Shown here piece by piece: positions 9,280 through 18,250 of a stretch of DNA of 64,000 nucleotides. A program made the translations under genes and the position numbers. The stretch spans positions 194,018-258,017 of the forward strand of contig JAUJNF010000001.1 in the NCBI GenBank assembly GCA_030446485.1. Direction: 5' to 3'. This DNA is from Thermoleophilaceae bacterium (lineage in GTDB: Bacteria > Actinomycetota > Thermoleophilia > Solirubrobacterales > Thermoleophilaceae). The notes under the pieces are model-generated. The model worked only from the letters and a program-made list of their open reading frames with translations, ran no database searches and had not been told where the DNA came from. Each line of letters opens with the position of its first letter. The first letter of the stretch is position 1.

Positions 9280-10464
9280 TCAGCCGCCGTTCACCTCGAG
9301 GATCACGGCGTCACCCTGACCGCCGCCGGAGCAGATGGCCGCCACGCCGAGGCCCCCGCCGCGCCGGCGCAGCTCGTAGGCGAGCGTCGTGAGCACACGG
9401 GCGCCGCTTGCGCCGATCGGGTGACCGAGAGCGATGGCGCCGCCCTTCACGTTCACCTTCGACTCGTCGATGCCAAGCATGCGCATCGAGTTGATGGCCA
9501 CCGAGGCGAAGGCCTCGTTGATCTCGAACAGGTCGATGTCGTCGACGGTCAGGCCGGCCTTCTCGAGCGCCGCCTTGGTGGCGTTGGCGGGCGTGCGGGC
9601 CAGGTAGGCGAAGTCGTCGGCCACTGCGGCCTGCGCCACGATCTTGGCCAGCACCTCCTTGCCGTTCTTCTTCGCCCACTCCTCGGAGGCCAGCACCACG
9701 GCGCCGGCGCCGTCGTTCACGCCCGGCGCGTTGCCGGCGGTGTGGGTGCCGTCCTCGACGAAGATCGGCTTGAGCTTGGAGAGCGACTCGAGCGAGGTCT
9801 CGCGGCGCGGCGCCTCGTCCACCTCGACGACCGTTTGGCCCTTCTTCGCCTTGACCGTGATGGGCACGATCTCCTCGGGCAGCCGCCCGTCGTCGGTGGC
9901 CTCGACGGCGCGCTGGTGGCTCAGCAGCGAGAACTGGTCCATGTCGGCGCGCGTCATCTCGAGCTCGGCCGCCACCTCGGTGGCCTCCTGGGCCATGTGC
10001 TTGCCGGTGAAGGCGTTGACCAGGCCGTCGTTCAGCATCGCGTCGAGAGCCTTGCCGTCCCCCATGCGGAAGCCGAAGCGCGCGTTCTTGAGCAGATAGG
10101 GCGCGTTCGACATCGACTCCATGCCGCCCGCCACCGCCACGTCGAGGTCACCCGCGCGTATCGACTGGTCGATCATCCCCGCCGAGCGCATGCCCGAGGC
10201 GCAGACCTTGTTCACCGTCTCGGAGGACACGGCCTTGGGGATCCCGGCCTTGATCTGGGCCTGACGCGAGGGGATCTGCCCCTGGCCTGCCTGGAGCACC
10301 TGGCCCATCACCACATGCTGGACCTCCTCGGCGCCGACGTCGGCGCGCTCGAGCGCGGCCGCGATGGCCCGGCCGCCGAGCTCGGTGGCGTCGAGGGACG
10401 AGAGGCCGCCGCCGAGCTTGCCGAAGGGGGTGCGGGCGGCGCCGAGAATCACGGTCTGGGGCAT
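9280..10464 (-). CDS. acetyl-CoA C-acetyltransferase (thiolase II)
   Basis: MPQTVILGAARTPFGKLGG, VNKVCASGMRS, NEAFA and GGAIALGHPIGASG motifs. Confidence 0.95.
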   Translation of the reverse strand: MPQTVILGAARTPFGKLGGGLSSLDATELGGRAIAAALERADVGAEEVQHVVMGQVLQAGQGQIPSRQAQIKAGIPKAVSSETVNKVCASGMRSAGMIDQSIRAGDLDVAVAGGMESMSNAPYLLKNARFGFRMGDGKALDAMLNDGLVNAFTGKHMAQEATEVAAELEMTRADMDQFSLLSHQRAVEATDDGRLPEEIVPITVKAKKGQTVVEVDEAPRRETSLESLSKLKPIFVEDGTHTAGNAPGVNDGAGAVVLASEEWAKKNGKEVLAKIVAQAAVADDFAYLARTPANATKAALEKAGLTVDDIDLFEINEAFASVAINSMRMLGIDESKVNVKGGAIALGHPIGASGARVLTTLAYELRRRGGGLGVAAICSGGGQGDAVILEVNGG

Positions 10465-10522
10465 GGGGAAGGTCTGGGCTCCTCAGGTCGCGGAAGGGGC
10501 GCGAACGATAGCGGTGGGCCCT

Positions 10523-11482
10523 TTAGGCAGGCCTGAGGGGCGCGGCTGCGAGGGCCTGGGCGAGCCGCCCGACGAGGGCCATCGGCTCATCGACGATCTG
10601 GCGCCACGTGACGCGCATCACGCGCAGGCCGGCGGCCTGGAGCTCGGCGTCGCGGAGGCGGTCACGTTCGAATGAGGTCCGGCTCGAGTGGAACGCGTAC
10701 CCGTCGACCTCGACCGCCAGCCGGGCCGAGCGCCAGAGCACGTCGACCTCATGCCGGCCGACGCGCGCGTTGGCCTCCGCCGGCGGCAGTGCCGCGGCGC
10801 GCACCAGCGCAAGGAGGCGCTCCTCGGCGTCGGACCGAGTAAGAGCAGGCTCTATCTCGGCAGCGAGCAGGCTCCGCAGCGGACGCGTACCCGGGCGGCC
10901 GGGACACCGCGCCAGGACGTCCGTGAGCTGGCGGCGGCGGACCAGCCGCTGTGCCAGAACCTCCGCGACGGCGCGCTCGAGCGTGCGCATCGGGCTCACC
11001 GCCGCCAGTTCGAGGACGGTGAGCGCGGGTGCGGTCAGGGGCAGTCCATGGCGGCGCGTCACGTCGGGTGCCGCAAGCGGCGGGCGACGATGCGCCCGTA
11101 TACCCGGGCGGCGGCCGGAGCGGCCGAGGGTGACCGTGACGTCGATGTCGTCGTCCGCGGCGGGGAGGATCTTCAGCACCCGGGCAGCCGTGAAGTGGCT
11201 CAGCACCGAACCGGTGCCGCACGCGAGGAGGGCGGCGGTCTCGAGCGCGAGGGGGCCGGGCGCGGGATGGCCGACCAGGTAGATCCCCCGCTGCACCGGA
11301 TGGAGGCGGCCCGCCGCAATCCGGTGCGTGATCGCGCCGCGGCCGAGTCCCACGTGCTCGAGCTGCGTCCGGGAGATCACGCCATGCTGGGAAGCGGCGA
11401 TCCGAGCGATGGCAGCGTCCCATCGGACCGGGACTGGGTGCATAACTCGTCGCGCGGGGTCTCGCGGAGACTGGTTGACCAT
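10523..11482 (-). CDS. DUF559 (Vsr-like endonuclease fold) protein with AbiEi-like N-terminal domain
   Basis: C-terminal part of track ORF 10523..12421: IAASQHGVISRTQL...VDVLWRSARLAVEVDGYAFHSSRTSFERDRLRDAELQAAGLRVMRVTW. The upstream 300 aa of the track ORF overlap pepA antisense and are rejected. The start is ATG 11482 or 11443. Confidence 0.7.
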   Translation of the reverse strand: MVNQSPRDPARRVMHPVPVRWDAAIARIAASQHGVISRTQLEHVGLGRGAITHRIAAGRLHPVQRGIYLVGHPAPGPLALETAALLACGTGSVLSHFTAARVLKILPAADDDIDVTVTLGRSGRRPGIRAHRRPPLAAPDVTRRHGLPLTAPALTVLELAAVSPMRTLERAVAEVLAQRLVRRRQLTDVLARCPGRPGTRPLRSLLAAEIEPALTRSDAEERLLALVRAAALPPAEANARVGRHEVDVLWRSARLAVEVDGYAFHSSRTSFERDRLRDAELQAAGLRVMRVTWRQIVDEPMALVGRLAQALAAAPLRPA

Positions 11483-11774
11483 TTGTGCATCGTCTGGATG
11501 GACAAGGCGTCTGGCCTCTTCCCCGGGAACCCGGGATTGCGTTTGTGCACGCTCGCGAGGCTCCATGAAGGGCCGAGGATGGCCGCTCGAGCCGAGGCCC
11601 GGGCGATAACGGTGCGTGACTGTCACGAACCGGCGAGAGATGATGCGCCCGAACACCGATTTGTCACACACCGCGGCCACCCGTGCGGAACCGCCACGAC
11701 CGGCCTGCGGGCTCTCCGGCCGCGGTTGCACTCGTAGCGCCGCTCCGCCGGTCGAGGAATAGACTGCCGCGGCC

Positions 11775-13229
11775 GTGCCGCCGATCGACGTGAGCGCCCG
11801 CCGCGGCGCCCCCGAGGACACCGACGCCGACACGCGCGTGGTCGGGCTCTTCGAGGGCGAGGCGTTGAGCGACCAGCTGCTCCAGATGCTGGTCGGCGCG
11901 GGCGAGGCCAAGGGCGCGCTGCGCAAGGTGGCGGTCGCCCACGAGGAGGCCGCCGGCGGCGAGAGCTGGCGCCGCGTGATCATCGCCGGCCTCGGCAAGC
12001 GGGACGAGTTCGACCCCGAGCGCGCCCGCGTGGCCGCCGCGGCGGCCGCCACCCGGGCGAAGGAGATCGGTTCGACGTGGCTGTCCTGGGCGGTCCCGGC
12101 CGAGGAGGAGGGCGCCGCCACCGGGCTCGTGGAGGGCACGCTGCTCGCCCTGTACCGCTTCGACCGCTTCAAGACGGCGCCGGATGAGGAAGGCCGCGTG
12201 AGCTCCCTCGAGCTCGTGTCCTCAGACGCCGACCTGGCCGGCGAGGTCGAGCGCGCCCGCGCGGTGGCCGAGGCCCAGAACGCGGCTCGCGACCTGCAGA
12301 ACCTGCCGGCCAACGTGGCCACCCCGTCGTTCCTCACCGACCGCGCCCGCGAGCTGGCGAACACGCACGACACCCTGACCGTCGAGGCGTTCGGCCGCGA
12401 CGAGATCACCGCGATGGGCATGGGCGCGCTCGGCGCGGTGGCCCAGGGGACCTATGCCGAGCCGCAGCTCATCGTGCTGCGCTACGCAGCCCCGAACGCG
12501 AGCGGGCCGCACCTCGGCTTCGTGGGCAAGGCCGTGACCTTCGACACCGGCGGGATCTCCATCAAGCCCAGCGCCAAGATGCAGGAAATGAAGTTCGACA
12601 TGTCGGGCGGGGCCGCCGTGATCGAGTCGATGGGCGCCATCGCCGCGCTCGGGCTGCCGGCGACGATCACCGCGATCGTGCCCTCCACCGAGAACATGCC
12701 GAGCGGCCGCTCGATGCGGCCCGGCGACATCGTCACCGCCATGAACGGCAAGACGATCGAGGTGAACAACACCGACGCCGAGGGCCGACTGATCCTCGCC
12801 GACGCCCTCTGCTACGCCGTGGAGCAGGGCTGCGAGCGGATCATCGACCTGGCCACGCTCACGGGGGCGATCATCGTCGCGCTCGGCTCGACCCACGCCG
12901 GCCTCTTCTCCAACGACGACGACTGGTGCGCGTCCGTCGAGGCCGCGTGCACTGCCACCGGCGAGCTGGGCTGGCGCCTGCCGTTCCACCCGGAGTACTT
13001 CGAGCTCACGCGCGGCCAGTACGCGGACCTCACGAACGCGTCCGAGCAGCGCAAGGCGAGCTCGATCTACGCCGCCGAGTTCCTGCGGCAGTTCGTGAGC
13101 GACCGGCCGTGGGTGCACGTGGACATCGCCGGCACGGCATGGGGACTCGGGCGCACGTACGTGGGCAATGGGGCCAGCGGGTACGGGGTGCGCACGCTCG
13201 TGGAGCTGGCGCGCCGCGCCGGCGAGTAG
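11775..13229 (+). CDS. pepA: leucyl aminopeptidase (M17)
   Basis: VGKAVTFDTGGISIKP and NNTDAEGRLILADAL signatures. GTG start. Confidence 0.9.
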   Translation: MPPIDVSARRGAPEDTDADTRVVGLFEGEALSDQLLQMLVGAGEAKGALRKVAVAHEEAAGGESWRRVIIAGLGKRDEFDPERARVAAAAAATRAKEIGSTWLSWAVPAEEEGAATGLVEGTLLALYRFDRFKTAPDEEGRVSSLELVSSDADLAGEVERARAVAEAQNAARDLQNLPANVATPSFLTDRARELANTHDTLTVEAFGRDEITAMGMGALGAVAQGTYAEPQLIVLRYAAPNASGPHLGFVGKAVTFDTGGISIKPSAKMQEMKFDMSGGAAVIESMGAIAALGLPATITAIVPSTENMPSGRSMRPGDIVTAMNGKTIEVNNTDAEGRLILADALCYAVEQGCERIIDLATLTGAIIVALGSTHAGLFSNDDDWCASVEAACTATGELGWRLPFHPEYFELTRGQYADLTNASEQRKASSIYAAEFLRQFVSDRPWVHVDIAGTAWGLGRTYVGNGASGYGVRTLVELARRAGE

Positions 13230-13238
13230 GGAGCCTTC

Positions 13239-13574
13239 CTACCCCCGCGAGTGCCGCGCCCGGCGGCGAATCCGCACGTCGCCGATGAACGAGCCGGGCG
13301 GCCCGAGCGTGACCACCACGAGCGCCGGGAACCACCAGCCCCAGAGGCGCAGGAGCGCGCCCCGAGCCGTGAGCGCCGCGAGGATGAGGAAGCCGACTCC
13401 GTGGAGGGGACCGAGCACGTCCACCGCGCCCTCGGCGTCGGTGAGCGCCGCGTACACGAGCGGCACGAGCAGCAGCGCGTCCAGCACGGCCACGACGCGC
13501 ACGGTGTTCAGCTGCCGCAGCGTGCGCTCTCGGGTGGGTCGGCGGCTCTGGAGCCTCTCTAGTGGCGATTGCAT
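13239..13574 (-). CDS. DUF3817 membrane protein
   Basis: LRQLNTVRVVAVLDALLLVPLVYA...GPLHGVGFLILAALT pattern. Confidence 0.7.
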   Translation of the reverse strand: MQSPLERLQSRRPTRERTLRQLNTVRVVAVLDALLLVPLVYAALTDAEGAVDVLGPLHGVGFLILAALTARGALLRLWGWWFPALVVVTLGPPGSFIGDVRIRRRARHSRG

Positions 13575-13604
13575 GGGTTGAGGAGAGTACGAGTGGCGCA
13601 GCGC

Positions 13605-14702
13605 CTACGACTGCTCCTCCACCACCAGCCGGCCCTTCGGACCGACCCGCAGGGACCGTCGCCCCGACAGCAGCTCGAGCACCTCCTCGCCCACCAGCTC
13701 CCGCCGCCAGCCTTCGAGCATCCGCAGCCGCGGCTCGGGCGCGCCCCGCCGCACGGTGGCCACGAGCGCCGTCATGTCCGCGCGCGTGACCACCAGCTCG
13801 TAGGCGAGCTGCGCCTCCATCACGCGCGCGCGGATGAAGGCCTCGGCCAGCGAGACGACGGGCTGGTCGTCAGGGGTGGTCTTCAGGGGCTCGCGCTCCT
13901 CGGCCGGGGGCGGCTCCGCCTGGGCGCCGCGCACGACCGCATCGAGGAGCTCCCGGCCGCGGCGCCGGCTGATGCCGGCGTGCACCCCGCGAATCTGCTC
14001 GAGCGCGCTGATGTCCGCCGGCTGCCGCTTGGCGATCTCCACGAGCGGCGCATCCTGCACGATCGAGCCGACCGGCTTGTTCTCGGCCTTGGCCGTCCGC
14101 TCGCGCCAGGCGGCGAGCTCGCGCGCCACCGCGCGGGCACGCGGCCGTAGCTGGTTCACGCGGCCGAGCCGCTCGTAGGCGGTGTCGGGGTCGCGCTCGT
14201 CGGTCGCGCCCTCGAGCCGCCGGCACTCCTCCCGTGCCCACTCGAGCCGCCCGCTGTCCACGAGGCGGTTCTGCAGCTCGGTGCTGAGCTGCAGGATGTG
14301 CTCCACGTCCTCGCGCGCGTAGCTCACCTGCTCGCGCGACAGAGGTCGAACGTCCCAGCGCGTGAAGCTCGCCGACTTGTCGAGCTGCACGCCCAGGATC
14401 ACGGACAGGAGCTGTCCGTAGCCCGGCTGGGCGCCGGCGCCGACGAAGCCGGCGGCCACCTGGGTGTCGAACACGGTGTGGATCTCGGTGCGCCAGACGC
14501 GCCTCAAGATCGCGACGTCCTGGCGCCCGGCATGCATCACGATCTCGATCTCCGAATCGGCGAGCAGCTCGGCCACCGGGCTCGGGTCGATCTCGGTGTT
14601 GAGAGGATCCAGCACCTCGATGCGAGTGCCATCAGCGGCCTCCGGATCGTCGACCGCCAGCTGAACGAGGCAGAGGTCCGCGTAGTAGCGCGACTCCGAC
14701 AT
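13605..14702 (-). CDS. rnd: ribonuclease D (DEDD 3'-5' exonuclease + HRDC); homology continues upstream of the track start
   Basis: YADLCLVQLA, HAGRQD, YAREDVEHI and an HRDC region are present. The codons just upstream read LGIDTEF (exo motif I) with no canonical start. Confidence 0.85.
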   Translation of the reverse strand: MSESRYYADLCLVQLAVDDPEAADGTRIEVLDPLNTEIDPSPVAELLADSEIEIVMHAGRQDVAILRRVWRTEIHTVFDTQVAAGFVGAGAQPGYGQLLSVILGVQLDKSASFTRWDVRPLSREQVSYAREDVEHILQLSTELQNRLVDSGRLEWAREECRRLEGATDERDPDTAYERLGRVNQLRPRARAVARELAAWRERTAKAENKPVGSIVQDAPLVEIAKRQPADISALEQIRGVHAGISRRRGRELLDAVVRGAQAEPPPAEEREPLKTTPDDQPVVSLAEAFIRARVMEAQLAYELVVTRADMTALVATVRRGAPEPRLRMLEGWRRELVGEEVLELLSGRRSLRVGPKGRLVVEEQS

Positions 14703-14832
14703 GAACTCGGTGTCGATGCCGAGCCGCCCGCCCGTGCGGGCGAGGGCGCTCAGCTCATGGAGGTCGGGGGCCGGCTCGACGTCGGTGCCGGCGCTGGGCG
14801 CAGCGGCGGTGCCGCCGCCCCGGGCCCCGTGG

Positions 14833-15123
14833 CTACGAGCGATCGGTCGCCCCGGCGCCGGCCGTCGCGGCCTGGGCGTCGTGCTGGTAGCGGGCCTTCC
14901 ACTCCTCGTACGGCATGCCGTACACGAGCTCGCGGGCGCCGTCCTTCGTCACCTCGATGCCGCGCTCGGCGGCGGCCTCCGCGTACCACTTCGAGAGGCA
15001 GTTGCGGCAGAAGCCGGCGGTGTTCATCAGATCGAGGTTCTGCACGTCGGTGCGCTCGCGCAGATGCTCGACCAGCCGGCGGTAGGCGGAGGCCTCGAGC
15101 TCGGTGCGGGTGCGGTCGTCCAT
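14833..15123 (-). CDS. DUF1244 protein
   Basis: Inner ATG MDDRTRTELEASAYRRLVEHLRERTDVQNLDLMNTAGFCRNCLSKWY...GMPYEEWKARYQ, the characteristic DUF1244 sequence. Confidence 0.8.
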   Translation of the reverse strand: MDDRTRTELEASAYRRLVEHLRERTDVQNLDLMNTAGFCRNCLSKWYAEAAAERGIEVTKDGARELVYGMPYEEWKARYQHDAQAATAGAGATDRS

Positions 15124-15201
15124 GACGGGTCGCAGACGATAGCCAGGCGCCCCGGCGACTCGCACGCCGGGGTCTGGCCTTTCGTCGGGTGGCGGGGGCG
15201 C

Positions 15202-15414
15202 CTAGCCCTGAAGCCGCGAACCGAGCAACTGCTTGGCCTGGTCGGCGCCCTTCCTGCTGTCGGTCTGGGCCTTGCGGAAGAACTCGGCGAGGTCGTTGTC
15301 GCCATCGCCTTCGGCGTCCGAGGCCCACTCCTCGAGCTGGTAGACGTTGCTGAGCGCCTGGGACAGGAAGGCGATGAGGTTGTACGTCGGGTCCTTCACG
15401 GGACTGTCGGGCAT
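15202..15414 (-). CDS. small acidic hypothetical protein
   Basis: Inner ATG MPDSPVKDPTYNLIAFLSQALS with AAGGAGG 4 nt upstream. Confidence 0.55.
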   Translation of the reverse strand: MPDSPVKDPTYNLIAFLSQALSNVYQLEEWASDAEGDGDNDLAEFFRKAQTDSRKGADQAKQLLGSRLQG

Positions 15415-15626
15415 GGGGCCTCCTTGGGTGTCGCTTGCTGGCACGCAGGCACGTACCCGGACCGGCTGGCCGTCGAACCCTCCCGATCGGGCGGCCACGC
15501 TAAAGGCCCGCGCCGGCCTGCCGATACTGGGAGGGCAGACCGCCCACTCGACGCAAGCGTCGGGAATGTGAAGCCGCCGGGCTTACCGACCCGGGACTCA
15601 AACAACTACAGCGCGATCTAGCCAGG

Positions 15627-15648
15627 AGAGCCGGCATGTGCCGGCTCT
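15627..15648. terminator. perfect 9-bp palindromic hairpin
   Basis: AGAGCCGGC-atgt-GCCGGCTCT, followed on + by tctgctttcc. It lies between two minus-strand transcription units. Confidence 0.35.
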
Positions 15649-15682
15649 TCTGCTTTCCCGGGGGTGTGCGGCCCTGCTCGGC

Positions 15683-15802
15683 TCAGTGGAAGAGCCCGCC
15701 GGCGGCGAAGAACACGAACACCGCGAGGCACGCGAGGAAGAACGCCAGGGCGAAGAGAAAGCGCCGGCGCTCCCGGCGGCGCTGTTCTTCGTGCACGGTC
15801 AC
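15683..15802 (-). CDS. possible 39-aa single-pass membrane peptide
   Basis: GTG overlaps the upstream TGA (GTGA). Product VTVHEEQRRRERRRFLFALAFFLACLAVFVFFAAGGLFH. Too short for the track. Confidence 0.3.
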   Translation of the reverse strand: MTVHEEQRRRERRRFLFALAFFLACLAVFVFFAAGGLFH

Positions 15803-16410
15803 TGCACCGCCACCTCCCCCGCCAGCGCGAAGGGCGGCACGAGCTCGACGCGGTCGCCGCTCCAGAAGCGCCCCGGGTCGTACCAGCTCGCCGGTCGGCG
15901 CCTGGGGAGCAGGCCCATGTGCTGGAAGGTGGTGGCCACGAGCTCGGCGCAGTAGACCGTCTCGAGCGATGACTCGCGCCGGCGGTAGCGTCCGGTGAGC
16001 CACTGCCGGGCGAGCCCCGGCGTGGTGGGGAACGGGCGCCCGTCGAAGCGGTCGATCACCTCCATCAGGCGATCCTCGTGATGGCGCTCGATCGCCCCCT
16101 CGAGCTGGCGCACCCAGGCCCGCTGCCCGTAGCGCTCGTTCCAGGTGGTAACGGCCTCGCCGAGCATGTGCAGCTGCACTCCGCGCTGGCGCGCGCCGGT
16201 CCACACGTCGGGCAGGGAGCGACCGAGCTCGGCGTGCCAGAGGAGCGGAGGCAGGTCGTCCAGGGCGACGACCATGCCCACGTGGTTCACGGGGCTGTTG
16301 GTGACCGCGCGGATGGCGCGATCGGGCAGCGACCGCCCACGGAAGAGCCATAGGTCGCCGGTCGACGCCGCGGCCACGGCGTCCTCGAGCGAGAGAGCCG
16401 TGGCGTTCAC
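15799..16410 (-). CDS. YiiX/YaeF-like permuted papain-fold (C92) enzyme
   Basis: GTG start VNATALSLED. TGDLWLFRGRSLPDRAIRAVTNSPVNHVGMVVA and YCAELV motifs are present. The upstream part of track ORF 15799..16716 is Arg/Pro-rich and rejected. Confidence 0.65.
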   Translation of the reverse strand: MNATALSLEDAVAAASTGDLWLFRGRSLPDRAIRAVTNSPVNHVGMVVALDDLPPLLWHAELGRSLPDVWTGARQRGVQLHMLGEAVTTWNERYGQRAWVRQLEGAIERHHEDRLMEVIDRFDGRPFPTTPGLARQWLTGRYRRRESSLETVYCAELVATTFQHMGLLPRRRPASWYDPGRFWSGDRVELVPPFALAGEVAVQ

Positions 16411-16430
16411 CGGCCGTAACCTACGAGACG

Positions 16431-16637
16431 ATGCCCGTGCCCTGGAAGTACCTCGGACTCGCCGGCCTCGCGGGCGTGGCGGCCACGGGCGTGGTGGTGG
16501 CGCGCAGGCGGCGCGCGCAGCGGGACTACGACCCGGATGAGCTGCGCGAGCGGCTGCATCGGCGGCTGGCGGAGGCCGAGGGTGAGAAGGGCGAGGCGAC
16601 GGAGTCCCTGGGCGAGCCGGGCGGCGCGCGCGCCTGA
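16431..16637 (+). CDS. small membrane-anchored protein
   Basis: 68-aa ORF with one N-terminal TM segment (YLGLAGLAGVAATGVVVA) followed by a charged tail. Confidence 0.35.
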   Translation: MPVPWKYLGLAGLAGVAATGVVVARRRRAQRDYDPDELRERLHRRLAEAEGEKGEATESLGEPGGARA

Positions 16638-16735
16638 GCTCCAGCGACGAACGAAGCTCTGTCCTGAGGCTTCGAAACAGCGCGTCGTGGAGATGAGGCA
16701 GGCTCACGGCTGCCAACCCCGACGCAGGAGGTGCG

Positions 16736-17587
16736 ATGGACTTCAGGCCCTCACCCGAGCTGTACCCGTTCGAGTCGCGCTGGCTCGACAGTTCCGCGGG
16801 CCGCGTGCACTACGTGGACGAGGGCGAGGGCCGGCCGATCCTGATGTGCCACGGCAACCCGACCTGGAGCTTCCTCTACCGCAATGTGATCCGCTCGCTG
16901 CGCGATCGCTTCCGCTGCATTGCGGTCGACTACCCGGGCTTCGGCCTCTCGGACCGGCCGGCCGGGTACGGGTACACCCCGGCCGAGCACGCCACGGTGG
17001 TCGGCGAGCTGGTTCGCCGGCTCGATCTCTCCGATCTGATCGTCATGGGCCACGACTGGGGCGGCCCGATCGGCACGTCGGTGGCCTGCGCCGATCCCTC
17101 CCGGGTGTCGGGCCTCGTGCTCGGGAACACCTGGTTCTGGCCGTCGGAGCGACGCGCGCGCGTGTTCGGAAGGATCATGTCGAGCAGGCCGCTGCGGTCG
17201 GCGATCCTGAAGCGGAACTTCTTCGTGGAGCGGCTGATGCCGAACGCGACCGACCGCAAGCTGTCTCCGGAGGAGATGGAGCACTATCGGCGCGTACAGC
17301 CGACGGCCGCGGCGCGCATCGGCGTCGCGGAGCTGCCGCGACAGCTCAACGCCGCGGCGCCCTGGCTCGCCGAGCTGGCGGAGGCCGTGCCGCGTGAGCT
17401 CGGGGCAAAGCGAGTGCTCGTCACCTTTCCGATGCGCGACATCGCGTTTCCGGCACGCGAGATCCTGCCGCGCATGCGCGCTGCCTTCACCGACCTCGAG
17501 ATCGTGGAGCTGCCGCGCGCCAAGCACTACTTCGTCGAGGACGCGCCCGGTGAGGTGGCCGCGGCGGTGGCGGCACGCTTCGGCTAG
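16736..17587 (+). CDS. haloalkane dehalogenase-family alpha/beta hydrolase
   Basis: HGNPTWSFLYRNVI and GHDWGGPIG (Asp nucleophile) motifs. Confidence 0.85.
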   Translation: MDFRPSPELYPFESRWLDSSAGRVHYVDEGEGRPILMCHGNPTWSFLYRNVIRSLRDRFRCIAVDYPGFGLSDRPAGYGYTPAEHATVVGELVRRLDLSDLIVMGHDWGGPIGTSVACADPSRVSGLVLGNTWFWPSERRARVFGRIMSSRPLRSAILKRNFFVERLMPNATDRKLSPEEMEHYRRVQPTAAARIGVAELPRQLNAAAPWLAELAEAVPRELGAKRVLVTFPMRDIAFPAREILPRMRAAFTDLEIVELPRAKHYFVEDAPGEVAAAVAARFG

Positions 17588-17628
17588 CGACTGTCACTGG
17601 CGGCGGTCGAGCGGTTAGGCTGGCTGGC

Positions 17629-17904
17629 ATGTGCCGGAACATCCGCCAGCTCCATAACTTCGAGCCGCCCGCCACCGAGGACGAGGTGCGAGCGGCCGCC
17701 CTGCAGTACGTCCGCAAGATCAGCGGCTCCACCAAGCCGTCGCAGGCCAACGCCGAGGCGTTCGAGCGCGCGGTGGACGCCGTGGCCGAGGTCTCCGCTC
17801 AGCTGCTCAGCGAGCTCGTGACCGCGGCCCCGCCCAAGGACCGCGAGGTCGAGGCGGCGAAGGCGAAGGCGAAGGCTCGCGCGGCGGAGCGGTACGCGGC
17901 CTAG
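17629..17904 (+). CDS. DUF2277 protein
   Basis: MCRNIRQLHNFEPPATEDEVRAAALQYVRKISG, the hallmark N-terminus. Confidence 0.8.
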   Translation: MCRNIRQLHNFEPPATEDEVRAAALQYVRKISGSTKPSQANAEAFERAVDAVAEVSAQLLSELVTAAPPKDREVEAAKAKAKARAAERYAA

Positions 17905-17934
17905 CTCGCACTCCCTCCGGCAGCGCCGAGGCGG

Positions 17935-18201
17935 CTAAGCGGCAGTTCTCCGGATCGAACCAGTCACCCAGCCGTGAAGCGTCTCGGGCGCCATGTCCGC
18001 GCCGTTCGGCCAGACGATGGTGCCAAGCTCCTCGTCCAGGTGGACCTGATCGAAGAACGCGGGGTCAGAAAGCGGCTCGAACACCCCTCGCCAGGTTCGC
18101 CGCGAGAAATCAAGCTCGCCTTCGGCGCCGTCCTGAAATCGAAGCCGGAGTCGGTGATTGCCGAGCGTCTCGACATCGGTTACATGAACGAGCTCAGGCA
18201 A
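17935..18201 (-). CDS. DUF2442 protein
   Basis: VTDVETLGNHRLRLRFQDGAEGELDFS...PAFFDQVHLDEELGTIVWPNGADMAPETL. TTG at 18201 is the likely start; the track ORF extends to 18252. Confidence 0.7.
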   Translation of the reverse strand: MPELVHVTDVETLGNHRLRLRFQDGAEGELDFSRRTWRGVFEPLSDPAFFDQVHLDEELGTIVWPNGADMAPETLHGWVTGSIRRTAA

Positions 18202-18250
18202 GGAGCTTGAGGGTACGCGGCGCCGCCGCGCCGCTCCATACCGTGGCGCC

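Noticed and set aside
9280-9293. +1 frameshift fusion of thiolase to the downstream HAD frame, which would supply the missing start
   Set aside because: The HAD frame has its own TGA at 9293-9291, only four codons before the thiolase stop. No slippery sequence or prfB-like context is present, and a thiolase-HAD fusion is biologically implausible.
11483-12421. N-terminal 300 codons of track ORF 10523..12421
   Set aside because: Ser/Arg/Ala-rich and antisense to pepA. DUF559/AbiEi-like homology begins only near 11443-11482.
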